Below, piece after piece: positions 51,001 through 62,035 of a DNA stretch of 64,000 bases. The stretch lies in NCBI GenBank assembly GCA_949358305.1, contig OX442314.1:7254001-7318000 (forward strand), in the 5' to 3' direction. Numbering within the stretch: the first letter of the stretch is position 1; each line of letters starts with the position of its first letter. Position numbers and translations under genes: made by a program. The notes beneath the pieces were generated by a model that had not been told where the DNA came from, did not search any database, and saw only the letters and a list, made by a program, of their open reading frames with translations. Source of the DNA: Strigamia acuminata (taxonomy: Eukaryota).

Positions 51001-54000
51001 TTAGCTTCTTCGACTAACTTTTGGATGAAATTCTCTTCATCAATTTTGCCTTGAGTTACACTTGCAGCGTAAGCTTTTGCAAAGGTCACAAATGAGGAAT
51101 CGGGTTCCTCCACTTTCTCCAAATAACGTTCCAGCAACGCTTGTGGAATGTAGGGTAAATCTGCATCCACAGGTTGCGTGAAATTCCAAGACATCGTCTG
51201 TGGATTAGGTTGGATTTTTAATTTATTCATAAAATCGCAACCCAATAGTACCATTGGATACTTATTTGGTATTACGATGAACGGATGACGTAACGTGCCA
51301 TGTGTCCACCGAAATGAAAGATGGATGGTTCCATCTGGAGTGACTTCTTCACTTGCCGTCGTGACTCTGACACCAGGTCCGATAGGTCGCAGATATTTTT
51401 CTAGACCTAATTGATTAATAACTGAAGTGGCTAGGAAGCTTTTATTTGCTCCTGAGTCCAACATTCCGGTTATTACACCTTTTAACGTTTCTAACTTTAA
51501 CGTTGGAAGGTCATGGCTGTTTGGTATTCCAGCCACTTTGCACTCAAACTTGCGCAATTTATGATGAACTGTAATTGGAGGCTCCAAAGGCAATTCATCT
51601 AATAACTCATTGGTATCAAGAGTTGTAGCTGCAAATAACTTAATGCATTCCTCAATTCCAGGTGTCTCTGGAACTGAGCTTGGTCTATCGTCTTTAACTT
51701 CGACTTTATCTTGAATATTGGAAGTGTCTTCTTCAGTCGGGGTTTCGCCGACAATCTCCTTTTTTACATCAAGAGATCCATTTTCTTTTAGTTCAGTTTG
51801 ACGAATTAATTCATCAATAACTTCTTCAACATCTTCCATTATCTTCAGATTTTCATTCTCTGATTCCGATTTCGGAGGTGACGCAGCGTCCACTAGACCT
51901 GATGGATCTGCGTCTACAAGTTTTTTCGAAACATGTCAGTTATGATCTTGACTGCTTTTTCAAACTCAGCTGTTGACACTGGTTTGTCCTTTTTAGAGGA
52001 AGGGCAGTCTTTTTGCCAATGCCCTAATTTTTTGCATAAATTGCATGGATCAGTGGCAGGCGATTTCTTTTTCGTTGCTGCTGGCGAGGCAGAACGAGAA
52101 CGAGCGTCAGACCGGCGCTCTGGCGACACCGCAGGTGACTTTGAATTCCTTTCGGTATTCACCTTTGATGCGTCAAAAGAAACCTTTTTTGATTTCATTC
52201 TTGGCTTCCATTTGCCTGCAACGGGGTTATTTTTTGCTAACAACGCCGCTGCTTTGGCTAATAAAGCCAACGTCTCATCTCCTGCTTCCTCCTCCTCTTC
52301 AGCTTCTTCAGCTTCAGACGACGGAGTTTCAGCTCCAGTTATATTTGCATGTAACTTAGGAACTGAATGAGGATTTTTGACGTCCTTTTTGGAAGATTCT
52401 TTTTTCGAACTCTTCTCATCCACTTCGTCTAGAAAGTCTTCGTAACTAGGTGGCTGCAACAATTTCAAACCATTAAAGGTTTCATTGTTTTGCTCAGCGA
52501 GTCTTTTCTCTCGCTTTAAGTACGCTGACCTTTCGGCTTCTGTAAGATAAGCTTTGTACTTTTCGTCAATGCGCAATTGATTGACTTCCATGAATTCGTT
52601 TAACTCGGAGAATTTCCCCGGGTCGGGAGCGTCCGACATCATCAGAATATTTTTACTATATTCTGTGAGGCCAGCTCTAAACTGATCATCTGCTGTTGCA
52701 TCAGTAACAGCATGTGGCATTCTGCCAAGCAGATTCTCTGCTCTTAGCATGTACGAATGTAAGCTTTCGCCTTTTCGTTGCTTAAGACATCTCCAAAGCG
52801 TCTTGATGTCTTCGCTCGATTCACCAAATTTAAACATAAATTGTTTAACGAAGTCATCCCACTTCGTGAAGTCTTTCCTGCGAAACCACTCCTTGACACC
52901 GCCAACTAGTATTCTTGGTACTAGATGGGCCAATGCACCTTCACAGCTAAAACTGTGAACTTTGCCTAGTTCAAATATTTCCAGCAAGAGGTTTGACCCT
53001 GCTTGCCAATTTCCATTATAGGCGTGTGGGATAACTCGATCCCATCTAATGAACTTTTCATCTGTTGTTTGATGAGTCCATTTATCAGAAGTAAATTCAC
53101 TTATTTTTTGCAAAATAATTTTATCCCTTCTGCTTTTTCGCTGTTGTTGAGCATTTTGCCTCAACAACTGGTCAATCTCATCTTTCGTGTAGAAATCGGG
53201 TCTTTGAGTTCTACTACGTGTTCTGTGACGAGATCGCCCTCTCACACTGGGACGTGAGGAATCTGTATCTGACGCAGATTCATGATTCGGATTTGGCGGC
53301 GGATCAGGGTCCGGAGGATCGTCGCCATCTGGCGGACGACGGTCTCCATTTGGTGGTCCCCTTCCATTTCGATTGCCATTCGAATTGTGGTCACGTGAGT
53401 GGCCACCTCCATGTCCATCTGAACTGTCTCCACCTGGTGGGTCACCACCTGGCGGATTTCCACGGTATCTCGGCCCATCACGGATGTCGTTGTGACAATC
53501 TCGTTTTGGTGAGCCTTCTCGCGGATTATCGTGTGACCGTCCACGATCGTGTGGTTTCTCACGTTCTTTATTCTTTTTCGCCAGCAATCCAATTAATTGG
53601 TCACTATTGCTAAAGAATCTATCCGAATTTTGCGGAACTTTTGGGGAATGATATTCGGTCGGGTCTGGTTGTCGCTTTCTCTTTTTGCGACTGTGATGAC
53701 TATTACGGCTTCCACGACTACTGCGTGAGTCATCACTGTCAGTCCAACTTGATTGTCGACTGACTTTTGGTTTAGCTGATGTTAAATCAATCAACTCAGG
53801 TGATTTGGAAGCACCTTTTTGCAAAACTGGGGCTGGCTTTGCAAAATTATCTTCGCCGCAAACGTCTTGTACTTTTTGTACGACTACTGCAAAGTTCTCT
53901 TGTACCGTCAACAGATCTGCGCGAAGAATTTCGTTTTCACGAGCTTGCGCAGCTAAGTCGGCACGTAATAACTGCTCTGCAGTACTTTGACTTTTGGCGG

Positions 54001-57000
54001 CTTGACCAGCATCAATTACGGACTGCTGTCGAGCGAGAAATACTTCGTTTTCTCGTTGTGCTAATCTCTTAGCTCTTGCTGCTTGCTCTGCAGCATGATT
54101 CTCGTAATTTCGAGAAGTGGAGGGAATTACTTCCCTCGCTCGAACTGGGGCGGTTAGTTCGGCAGTCATTAAATTTGTGTTGGCTTCTCGCAAATTTGCG
54201 TTGGCCAATCTCAAATTTTCATTAGCAATTTCTAAATCTTTTTGGGCTTGATTTAGTTGCTCGAGCCTTTGTTGTTGCTCTTCGTCAGTAATTAGCCAGG
54301 AAGCTTTTTCCTGCTCTAATTGTAACAACTTAACATGGTCATTCGCACGTTGTTGTTTTAGTTCGGCATTTTGCTGATGCATTTCTGCACGCATTCGCTC
54401 GAACTCTGCTTGCAAGCTTGTTCTGACGATTTCAACGTCTTTTTGGCTTTGTTTGCGAACCATAGCTTTGTGGATTTGTTCCACAGTCATTTCGCTAGTG
54501 ACTTTTACTCCCTCGAGCCTAGCTTGCTCACGGAGTGCGTCCATCATGGTTACACGCACGGGAGAATGAGAAACTTCCATATTGGAGTTCTCAGAATCTT
54601 GTTGTGCTGCACCTTGAACCGGTGATGAATTCAGCGAGTGCTCTGCACTTGATGATTGAATTCGTAAATTCAAATCATCGTTTTGCGACTTGGAACGGCC
54701 ACTTCCAGTTGGATTGTTTAAGTCCAACTGGCCGCTTGGCGGGGATGGCTGTTGTCGCTCCAACGCTTGCGTGAATTCATTCACGATTAACTGTGCCGAG
54801 TTACAGTTAGCTGTTTGATCCATAGTTTCAAACAGTTCTTGTGACTCAGTCACTTCTTGATCCACGACTGGTAGATCGATGGCCACTCGTCTCTTCGCTG
54901 GTCTGCCTCTCGGTCTCTTTTCGCCTGGAGTCGCCATTTTTCAAATGAAGACAAAGAAAGGATAGAGAAGAAAGATAAGCAAGATAAAAATGGCGGGTAA
55001 ATTTTAAACTATCAAAATTTATACAATGACTATCCCGGACGGGCCCCCACGTGCTGCGATCCGGGTTTTTATCTACTTAATTTCTAATAAATTAAGCAGA
55101 AACCGCAGGTGAATGCTTAACAAGACTTATATCGCGGCCGAAACTTGTCTAGGGTTAAGTTTATGGAAATAAAGGCACAATTTAATATGGTAATAAAAAT
55201 CACACAAATATTTATTCTTTAAATTACAATATATATTAAAAACGATGGAAATATCACAGAATGCGACAAGTCGCAAGAATAAATGAGCGGGAACAATGGA
55301 AGGGCTTGCAACGACTGTTGCAAGCTACAAAGCGCTAAAATGGCGCTTAAACAACACACAGTTGTTAGGCGAAGGCGAATTGTCTTCGTTTGCTGAACTC
55401 ACGAACGATGGTCGAAGACGATGGTTCTCGTGGGCTCCTTCTACGGCTCGTGCGACGGCTCGGCGGCGGTGGTTGACGGCTGTAGGCGTCCGGCTCTCGT
55501 ACGATGGCGGTGGCTGTCGTTCGCGCGGCAGCGACGGCGATGGTTCACGATCGTCGGGAAACTTCTACTTCTCGATAGCTGGAATTAGCGACGGCTAATT
55601 CAAGCTGAATTGCTGGCTTTGTGCGTTTGATACACAAAGATAGCAGGCGAAACTGAGTTACAACGGTCCTCTATCAATACTTTTCTTTCAGGAGCAAAAG
55701 CAGTGATGTTGAGGTTGTTGTTGTATTTTTCAGAGTCCCGATTTGAGCCAAGACGCGAGCCCAGCACGCTTCAATATTGCGCAGAAAACCTGCGCACTTA
55801 GCTCAAATGGGTGCAACTAGTGGTTATTACACCATATTGCACCATAACGGCTAATAACCGTTTTCACCCCGGACAACCTGGGGTGATATGTGCCTAGAGA
55901 GGATTTCTCCCCTCGGTCACATGATCTGACTTGGCGTGTGCCACAGTCAAATTAATTAGAAGATAATTAATTTAATCTTCTAAGTTGGTGAATATTTTGA
56001 GATCACCACACATTTAGGAGGCAACTTGGGCCTGTTTCTTGGCTTATCATTAATTTCATTACCAGAAATCACTTGTTATTTATATCATGTTGCAACAAAC
56101 ATTTACCAAAAAAGATCTGTCAGTAAGATTGACCGTCTGTACGATATATGTAAGAAGAAAATAATAGCGAGTGAAGAGCTTATCGCGCCAAATGGAGTCT
56201 TAGAAAAGCTGAAGTTTGTTCTGGTATTTGTGACTGCGGGATTCACTTTATATTGCTTGCAAATTCGTTTAAACTACTACATTGATGAACCAGTAACAAA
56301 AATGGTTAGAATAGCGGAACTTCGCCATAGAGAATTCCCATCTGTCACGGTATGTGGCGAAAAACAAAATGATGACATGGACAGAGCCAGATCACGCTTA
56401 TTGAAACATACCAACAAACACTGCAATGAATTATCGCCCTGGCAATTATTCAATAAGAAATTGTCGCTGGAAGAAATCTGGAAAACACTCAATGTCCATG
56501 ACACAATTGATATTAAGAATGAGGTATTCTAGTTGTATGTTGCTTTCCAAAAACAAACACCACAATGAAAATGATTTTTCTTATAGAAACTTTATGGATA
56601 TAAAACAGCACTAGACGTATCGATGCAGCCTATTCCACTTCCTTTTGGTAATTGTTCACGGATAAACACAGGTAATTTATTAATTTATTGTATAATATGG
56701 ATATTAAAGAGTATGGTTTTATCCATGGGAGCCTGGGGACTGGACACCATGGGGTGTAATGCATACTCACGTAAATAAAAGACAAGGACTCCAGATTGTT
56801 GGGTTGTTGGCCTTTAATCGTGTTGTTTAGGGGTTGGAGTCTCCCATCTACCCACTTGTTGGCAGTGCGACAAAGGCATGCCACACGAGCAACCGACCCG
56901 TCACACACAGGAAAGGATCCTCATGATTGACGTGGTCGGTTGGATATAACTATCCTGCCGTACTCACTCGTACGGCCCATGCAAGCGCTCATGGAGGCTG

Positions 57001-58456
57001 TGGTGGATCCGACATCTTACCACTGAGCGTCGCATTGGTGAATAGGGAAGAAAGGAGAGTCAGCACAGAGAGCACGACTGCTTTTGCTGGCTTCGGGACT
57101 TCACTTCCAAACATCTGTCTCAATTGAGACCCAGTGTTCTTCTTACTCCTTACATCACTCAGCTCCCTCTTTCCCCATACCTGGGTCATACCACTCTGCA
57201 AGGAGGGATGACTTTGGGGCCATTGGGCAGTGTGTGGACTGACGCAGGTCACCCTTGGGTGGCCAAGCGGTCACACGTACTTGTATTTGGCGCCACTATA
57301 TGCATAGGGTGTGCCAGATCTAGCAGCCATTAGGAAAAATCTTTCTGCATGAAGCATCTGAAAATTAATTCTGACTTTTCCAATGTTTTTCAGAAACAAC
57401 AATGGACTTGTATGCTTTCCTTTTCATTACATTTCATGATCTATTTCCTTCAAATGTATGTGATCAACATTTAAAGGTACTATAACAACATTTAGAGATA
57501 CTATAACAGCATTTAATATTTAGTAGAACCCCCAGTTACCATCATTACTTCTTAAGTAACAATTAGTTACTCTTTAAATCTGTGATAGTACCTTATTTAT
57601 TGAAAATTTATTCAAACCATTTACGGATAAATACATACACTTATACACCATATTTCGATTTATAATAATATTCAGTTATTCCTAAGTAATCTGAAAGAAG
57701 AAGTTAATATTCTGACACTTTTGGCTGTAAACTATGGATGGGGAAATATTGTAACACTTCGAGGATCTAAGGTAAAAATTAAACATAAACTAAACAACCT
57801 ATATAAATCCTCAAATTAAGCGTCCTGTGATGAAATAGACTATACGAAGAAATACAAAGCGTAATCCATGTGATAAAAATACCAGTGCTTATTTCAAGTG
57901 TAAAAATGCTTGCATCCAAAACCATTTATTTCAAAATGTTAACTGCAGGTATGTTAATTTTGATATTTCACTTTTTTCACATGTGTATACAGTATTATGC
58001 ATGGTTGTATGTAAATTTTACCAGTCTACTTTTTGTTCTAGATTACCATATTTCTGGAGATCGAATTTGCCTGCTTGTAACACAACAAAGGAAATAAATA
58101 CAGCATATATGATGTCCTTAAAGAATTTTGACTTAAATAAAAAAAAATGCAAATGCAGACTGCCTTGCGAAAATCGTTTTTACAAAATTATTTTGCATGG
58201 GAATAGATACTTAAATAATTCTTTCACATTGATACTTATTCAAATACCTGACACTTTCTTAGAGATTATAGAAGAGGAACAAGCTTATCCAGTGTCCCAA
58301 TTACTAAGCGATGTCGGTAGCATTGTGGGATTAGGTTTGGGAACGTCATTGCTGTCTGTCTACATTTGCATTTTAAAAAGTTATAATTGGTATCGAAGGC
58401 AGGATATGGGTTGTCGATTTTGCCCCAAAGGAGGCAATAAAATAATCACTCTGTAA
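42009..58456 (+). CDS. Tandem-dimer DEG/ENaC paralog 3, ~801 aa when the Gypsy insertion is removed; exons 42009-42470, 42540-42618, 42687-42778, 42837-42929, 42993-43099, 43395-43669+56015-56523, 56587-56671, 57394-57476, 57676-57771, 57839-57948, 58042-58456
   Basis: All introns GT-AG, summed CDS 2406 nt with no internal stop; TM1-ECD-TM2-linker-TM1-ECD-TM2; motifs LPQLMIC, FPSVTVC, Cys-rich thumb, GLFLGLS and GLGLGTS. Interrupted in this haplotype. Confidence 0.88.
44681..47477 (-). CDS. Accessory gene (ORF3) of element B, ~819 aa, unknown function, not Env-like; exons 47477-47429, 47362-47235, 46963-44681
   Basis: 746-aa ORF extended by two upstream exons with GTAAGT/GTAAAT donors, polypyrimidine-AG acceptors and matching phases (1,0); KRKR motif; no signal peptide or TM segment visible. 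Confidence 0.7.
47667..51926 (-). CDS. pol: Pol polyprotein (protease-RT-RNase H-integrase), expressed by -1 frameshift from gag
   Basis: LDSGA, YLDD, TDAS, HHCC zinc motif, D..D(SDNG)..E(VERTN); Gypsy domain order. Confidence 0.95.
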   Translation of the reverse strand, partial: KKLVDADPSGLVDAASPPKSESENENLKIMEDVEEVIDELIRQTELKENGSLDVKKEIVGETPTEEDTSNIQDKVEVKDDRPSSVPETPGIEECIKLFAATTLDTNELLDELPLEPPITVHHKLRKFECKVAGIPNSHDLPTLKLETLKGVITGMLDSGANKSFLATSVINQLGLEKYLRPIGPGVRVTTASEEVTPDGTIHLSFRWTHGTLRHPFIVIPNKYPMVLLGCDFMNKLKIQPNPQTMSWNFTQPVDADLPYIPQALLERYLEKVEEPDSSFVTFAKAYAASVTQGKIDEENFIQKLVEEANLNLEQSKLLEKMLSKHKRIISKDPGKTHLVKHKIELDTEKPIRVPFKSINPQKREIIRQLCQDMIDKGVVVKAEGDYGMRPVLVMRPGNDPRLCIDFRPINTHTKYNPPQMPTIEEILREIGEFEWVSTIDLTKGYWQIELRPEDREKTAFWSPMGRLMFLVMPFGLVNAPTTFQELMEKVLGDVYRKFAWAYLDDIIVVSKSFEEHIKHLDIVFKKLAEANLHAHPGKTHLCRKELIFLGYKVGVEGLAVDPKKVAAITQFPAPTNLKELQRFLGMVNFFHRLIKNLATVAEPLRPLLKKDAEFDWELHHQAAFDAIKDLLTNAETMKMPDLYMPFIVHTDASKQGLGAALTQKKNVDGQEVEMPCVYASRSLQPAEKNYTVTELECLAVVWGLRKFRPYLEYTTFTVQTDHQALKWLMSLSDPSGRLARWQMELMAYSFEIQYVKGPLNVIADALSRAPVSAPDEPEDDGDNDDLLSYCPSPCRNWQMGKLNELPKSIIVNDDDQALINFCINMHDPSGTPDVELRAMMAKKFELPTTNVLIKAFAAKIAKQLECDPPTRDDIIAAQKADEFCQHIRNYLLNKQYPSYIVTRLQRRNFERHASTYLIEEDMLLHYHPTSTDELGEDGRALKVVVPRKLIYKIIWLMHGHPLSGHPGIARTMYRTRRVYTWKGMKRDITRFIQHCQGCQACKPRSKTEIEGAQIGPFGPFDCLSVDLSGPKPRTRKNNTHICVIVDVATHWPELFPMCNPTAIKVANTIYHLSMTFGFPRQIISDNGPQFRSQVYKEFCKKFDMSRTPTSIYHPQSNPVERTNRDIKYLVSIYLDIHDQWDEYLREFAFSLRTTVTRGRDYSPAFLNFFRELRIPWDPRIPEGILVIDPKNPHLYVQKLETIIAETYQHMMSHVLDLRRRVEAEKSDKKFDNFRQNDLVWRESHILSNAAKGIAAGISPKRNGPYVIIKRLQGGAFQLRRLSDNKIYPAVHGTELMPYFPVFNQEIWLEGEEVGQKTKNIVNTLDDAKLSKIPVENTESSKKSKLKNNEVDEINQRLENVSLDENLEKEMFLEKEKISNNEVYNSSDIGDDADDNLNKLDCTSRKSKYNLRSRVPRAKT
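51880..51926 (-). promoter_or_regulatory. -1 programmed ribosomal frameshift signal: A AAA AAC plus downstream stem-loop
   Basis: CGA AAA AAC TTG TAG; GACGCAG...CTGCGTC stem 5 nt downstream; pol is in the -1 frame and open from the heptamer. Confidence 0.85.
51914..54937 (-). CDS. gag: Gag polyprotein, 1007 aa
   Basis: Coiled coil, G/D/P-rich linker, capsid-like region (KEWF...WDDFVKQF...LKQRKGESLHSY), CCHC CNLCKKLGHWQKDC. Confidence 0.92.
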   Translation of the reverse strand: MATPGEKRPRGRPAKRRVAIDLPVVDQEVTESQELFETMDQTANCNSAQLIVNEFTQALERQQPSPPSGQLDLNNPTGSGRSKSQNDDLNLRIQSSSAEHSLNSSPVQGAAQQDSENSNMEVSHSPVRVTMMDALREQARLEGVKVTSEMTVEQIHKAMVRKQSQKDVEIVRTSLQAEFERMRAEMHQQNAELKQQRANDHVKLLQLEQEKASWLITDEEQQQRLEQLNQAQKDLEIANENLRLANANLREANTNLMTAELTAPVRAREVIPSTSRNYENHAAEQAARAKRLAQRENEVFLARQQSVIDAGQAAKSQSTAEQLLRADLAAQARENEILRADLLTVQENFAVVVQKVQDVCGEDNFAKPAPVLQKGASKSPELIDLTSAKPKVSRQSSWTDSDDSRSSRGSRNSHHSRKKRKRQPDPTEYHSPKVPQNSDRFFSNSDQLIGLLAKKNKEREKPHDRGRSHDNPREGSPKRDCHNDIRDGPRYRGNPPGGDPPGGDSSDGHGGGHSRDHNSNGNRNGRGPPNGDRRPPDGDDPPDPDPPPNPNHESASDTDSSRPSVRGRSRHRTRSRTQRPDFYTKDEIDQLLRQNAQQQRKSRRDKIILQKISEFTSDKWTHQTTDEKFIRWDRVIPHAYNGNWQAGSNLLLEIFELGKVHSFSCEGALAHLVPRILVGGVKEWFRRKDFTKWDDFVKQFMFKFGESSEDIKTLWRCLKQRKGESLHSYMLRAENLLGRMPHAVTDATADDQFRAGLTEYSKNILMMSDAPDPGKFSELNEFMEVNQLRIDEKYKAYLTEAERSAYLKREKRLAEQNNETFNGLKLLQPPSYEDFLDEVDEKSSKKESSKKDVKNPHSVPKLHANITGAETPSSEAEEAEEEEEAGDETLALLAKAAALLAKNNPVAGKWKPRMKSKKVSFDASKVNTERNSKSPAVSPERRSDARSRSASPAATKKKSPATDPCNLCKKLGHWQKDCPSSKKDKPVSTAEFEKAVKIITDMFRKNL
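56710..57275. mobile_element. Solo LTR (TGTGAC...GTCACA family), left end degraded
   Basis: Similarity to 60666-61235 and 22569-23138; ends GGCCAAGCGGTCACA. Confidence 0.7.
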
Positions 58457-58869
58457 AAGCTACCGCTATAAGAATATTTTAAATCTTTTTGTCACAATTG
58501 CAACACATTTGGTAATTTTAAAATTTTTTTTACTACCGGTACACACATTGAAATACAGTACTATATGGTATTTTGTAAAACAAAACATACCGGTATACTA
58601 ATCTACCTAATTGTCCATTTAAACTCATTGCATTCAAAATTACATAATGATTAATTTAATTTACATTTTTCTGGCGTACTCTGTATTCAATTGTTATTAT
58701 CGATAAGTGATTTAAATGTTTTTATGAATTAATAATGCAATAAAATTATTATAAGCATCAGCTTATCCGCAGTTTGTATGTATGTATGTATCAGTATACT
58801 GATCGTCCAAAAAATTAAGATTCTGAATGAAATATTGCACATCAAGGTCCACTGGTGAATCAATAAGAA

Positions 58870-58994
58870 CAGTGCTGGACTGGCCCGTGGCCGTTGTGGC
58901 CTGTCGCGGCCTGCTGTGGCCTGTCCCAACTTCATTAATTGTGGCCCAGACACCCAGATTTCCCGGCAATAAATTTGTTCCCAGTCCAGCCCTG
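58870..58994. mobile_element. Short hAT-type MITE (copy 1)
   Basis: CAGTGCTGGACTGG / CCAGTCCAGCCCTG; TSD aataagaa/aacaagaa. Confidence 0.75.
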
Positions 58995-59958
58995 AACAAG
59001 AAGACCATACATTAGCGCAGCAAAAACAACAACTACCAGAGGGATTAAGAGCACCAAATTTTTGAAATACAGGCGAGAAAAGCAAGACATTCAGAAGTCT
59101 CACAAATCACAGGTGTGACTGCGTGGTGAAGGTAATGAGTGTAGCAGAAAGAGTTGATAATAACCAAATTGTTACCCAAAATTTGGCTGGAAAAACAGCT
59201 AATGTGCATGCGTGGCACACTTCGTAGTTAGCAACCTCTAATTTGGCAGTTTCATTACTAAGCAACAAGCAACAGCTTTTCATTAATAGCCGATAGCACT
59301 GACGAGAAGAAAACAAACACATTGACATTACTACATAATATTACACATTACATCAAAATATCAAAAAGACATTTGGGGTCACAACAAAAAGAGACATAAA
59401 AGGGACATGAAAGAATGTAAAACAGACAAAGATGTCGTAAATATGATATGACAATGTCATAAAAATGACATAACAATGTCATAAAAATAACATAACGATG
59501 TCATAAAAATGACATAACGATGTCATAAAAATGACATAACGATGTCATAAAAATGACATAATGATGTCGTAAAAATGACATAACGATGTCATAAAAATGA
59601 CATAACGATGTCATAAAAATGACATAACGATGTCGTAAAAATGACATAACGATGTCATAAAAATGACCAAAATGACAATTCATCCTACAAAGGGACAGTA
59701 GTGGTAGAAACTGTTTGTTTACACTCAACAACTCAAATGTACTGTATACACACTGCCATTAAACCGGAAAAAAATGTGTGATGTAGATAACGATTTTACC
59801 AGAGAGCATACAGGTCAGGTTGGTAAACAAAGTGTCAAAATAAAAAACTAATACAACAACTAAACAAAGAACAGTCGATTCTAAACTGAGCACTGACAGA
59901 CACCAGAGAACTTTCTATCTTTTCAACACCACCAAAACAGGTAAAACCTTAACAAAAT

Positions 59959-60081
59959 CAGTGCTGGACTGGCTCGGCAAGCAATCGGGAATTTCCCGGT
60001 GGCCTGTGGCCTGGTGGCCCTTCCCTGTGGCCCGACCCATCCAGATTTCCTAGTACTAAATTGGTACTCAGTCCACCCCTG
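59959..60081. mobile_element. Short hAT-type MITE (copy 2)
   Basis: Same TIR; TSD aacaaaat/agcaaaat. Confidence 0.7.
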
Positions 60082-60230
60082 AGCAAAATACTAGATATGG
60101 TAAATCATCTCATAATGCGCGGATCCCACAGACCCCCGGGTCAAATAATGAGCGGGAGACATCTGGATTGTGCAATTAAAACACCCGTGCACTATGAGAG
60201 AATTTACGGTAATTACAAGTGGTTTCTAAC

Positions 60231-60499
60231 GGTTAGCGTCATTTTAGCGACGCTCATTTTAGCGAAAAAGTCTCATTTTAGCGAACATGTCATTTTAGCG
60301 ACACAAAAAACAAGATTTTAGCGACGCGACACGAGAAAAAAGTGGTTTTCATCAAAAAACCAGTAAGGTTAGGTTCGCGGGGGGTCAAGGGGGGGCGCAG
60401 CCCCCCCTTGTTAGCCCTTCTTAAGAATTAAACCTAGGTTTTTGTGTCGCTAAAATTACATGTTCGCTAAAATGAGCGTCGCTAAAATGATGGAGATCC
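60231..60499. mobile_element. MITE with GG...CC ends and (CATTTTAGCGA) subterminal repeats, Merlin/MULE-like
   Basis: Inverted arms; flanking duplication gtttctaac/gtttctaat. Confidence 0.6.
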
Positions 60500-60665
60500 G
60501 TTTCTAATTGACCTTACAGAAACTTTGTTGAAAACACTGTTTGAAATCAGTATATTCTGTATAGCAGATGAGATGCAGAATAATTATTTCTTGAGAAGAA
60601 ACAGGCAAAGATTAAGACAACTACGTCCTGCAATCCATCAACTGTTGAAGGATGATGGAAATAAA

Positions 60666-61235
60666 TGTGACTGGATATGGTCTTACCCACGGAGGTATAG
60701 GGATTACCACCATGGGAAGGACGCATCCTTCACGTAAATGATAAGACAGGGACTCCGATTGTTGGGTTTTGACCTTTAATTGTTGTCTAGGGGTGGGGTC
60801 ACTTATCTCACCATGCGGCAGTGCCGTTGGGCACGCTACACCAGCAACTGTCCTGTAACACACAGAACCTAAGTCCCATGAGTGACGTGTTCGGTCGCTG
60901 CAGACAAACATTCTGCCGTACTTACCCAGTACAGCCCATGCGACCACTCATGGAGGCTGAAGCAGGGACATCTTCCTGCTACTGAGCGTCACAGTGGTGA
61001 ATGGTGAGAATGGCAGAGTCAGCAGTTGTTTCTACTGAGGTAAGGACTGTGGAAGCTCAACCTAATCCCTTCTCACCCACTGCTCTCTCAGCAACATCTC
61101 TCTCTCATCAGTCACCACACCACTCAGCTCTCCTCCTCCCCTGCTAGGCCAGTCCACTCTATGAAGGGGACGGCTTGGGGCCACTGGGCGGTGTGTGGAG
61201 TAACGCAGGTCACTGAGGGTGGCCAAGCGGTCACA
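60666..61235. mobile_element. Solo LTR, 570 bp, 4-bp TSD TAAA, in the coding exon of paralog 4
   Basis: TAAA|TGTGAC...GTCACA|TAAA; removal restores the paralogous exon. Confidence 0.88.
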
Positions 61236-61378
61236 TAAACTTCGAAGCAACTTAATTGGCTTTGATGATTTTATCAATAGCAATCATCATGGGAGCAAGC
61301 ATCGCCTGTTTTGACTTCTTTTATTCTCATTTTGCACGTGCATGTTCTCGACTACATGGGCTGTAGATGAGTACTATA

Positions 61379-61770
61379 CTCTTTCCACACTCAAGTGGAA
61401 CCTTGGAATCTTGGCTCCCAATGGCCTAGTCTGATTACTCAGAACTGTAGTTGAACTTTTGTTACGAGGAAAAGTAGTTTCCTATAATTTTTAGTCTTTT
61501 TCAGTAGAATAATGATTGAAATGATGTACATTTAATGTTACTCTAAAATAAAAAGTAATTTTCATTTTAAAAATAAAGTTTTATGCTTTTTTATATTAAA
61601 ATGCATGTCTGTTAAGTTGATTGCTTGCTTTCTATTGTTATGTCTGTACTTCTATTTATATCTATATATCTGTATAATGCAATTCTGGTGTTTTAGGTCT
61701 TTTTTTATGTATCACTACACTCGGCCAATGGGGGCCAAGATTCCAGGGCTCCTCTTGAGTGTGGAAAGAG
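61379..61770. mobile_element. MITE with ~60-bp TIRs flanked by TATA
   Basis: CTCTTTCCACACTCAAG...CTTGAGTGTGGAAAGAG. Confidence 0.8.
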
Positions 61771-61870
61771 TATACGACAGAATGTTATGTGTTATCCAAC
61801 CATGCCACTTGTACTAGTAGTAACACTATCACTATATAAAACAATGGTCAAGAATGACCAATGGAGTGCA

Positions 61871-62035
61871 CAGTGCTAGACTGGCCCGGCGGGTTTCCAA
61901 GAATTTCCCGGTGGCCTGTGGCCCGGTGGCCTGTGGAAGGCCCACCGTGGCCCTTCCCTGGTCTACCGTAGCCTGTCCCTATGGTCCGATCCATCCATAT
62001 TTCCCAATACAAAACTTGTACCCGGTCCAGCCCTG
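61871..62035. mobile_element. Short hAT-type MITE (copy 3)
   Basis: Same TIR; TSD ggagtgca/ggaatgca. Confidence 0.7.

Larger units (their letters stand above)
43670..56010 (-). mobile_element. Full-length Ty3/Gypsy LTR retrotransposon (element B, 12341 bp); LTRs 43670-44628 and 55052-56010 (959 bp)
   Basis: LTRs appear identical, TG...CA; PBS tRNA-Pro at 55032-55049; PPT GGGGGGA next to 44628; flanks gatt/catt; inserted in the TM2-coding exon of the channel gene. Confidence 0.95.
60573..61800 (+). pseudogene. DEG/ENaC paralog 4, 5' fragment only
   Basis: MQNNYFLRRNRQRLRQLRPAIH...; split by a solo LTR, TGA at 61312-61314, MITE insertion, no later exons. Confidence 0.8.
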
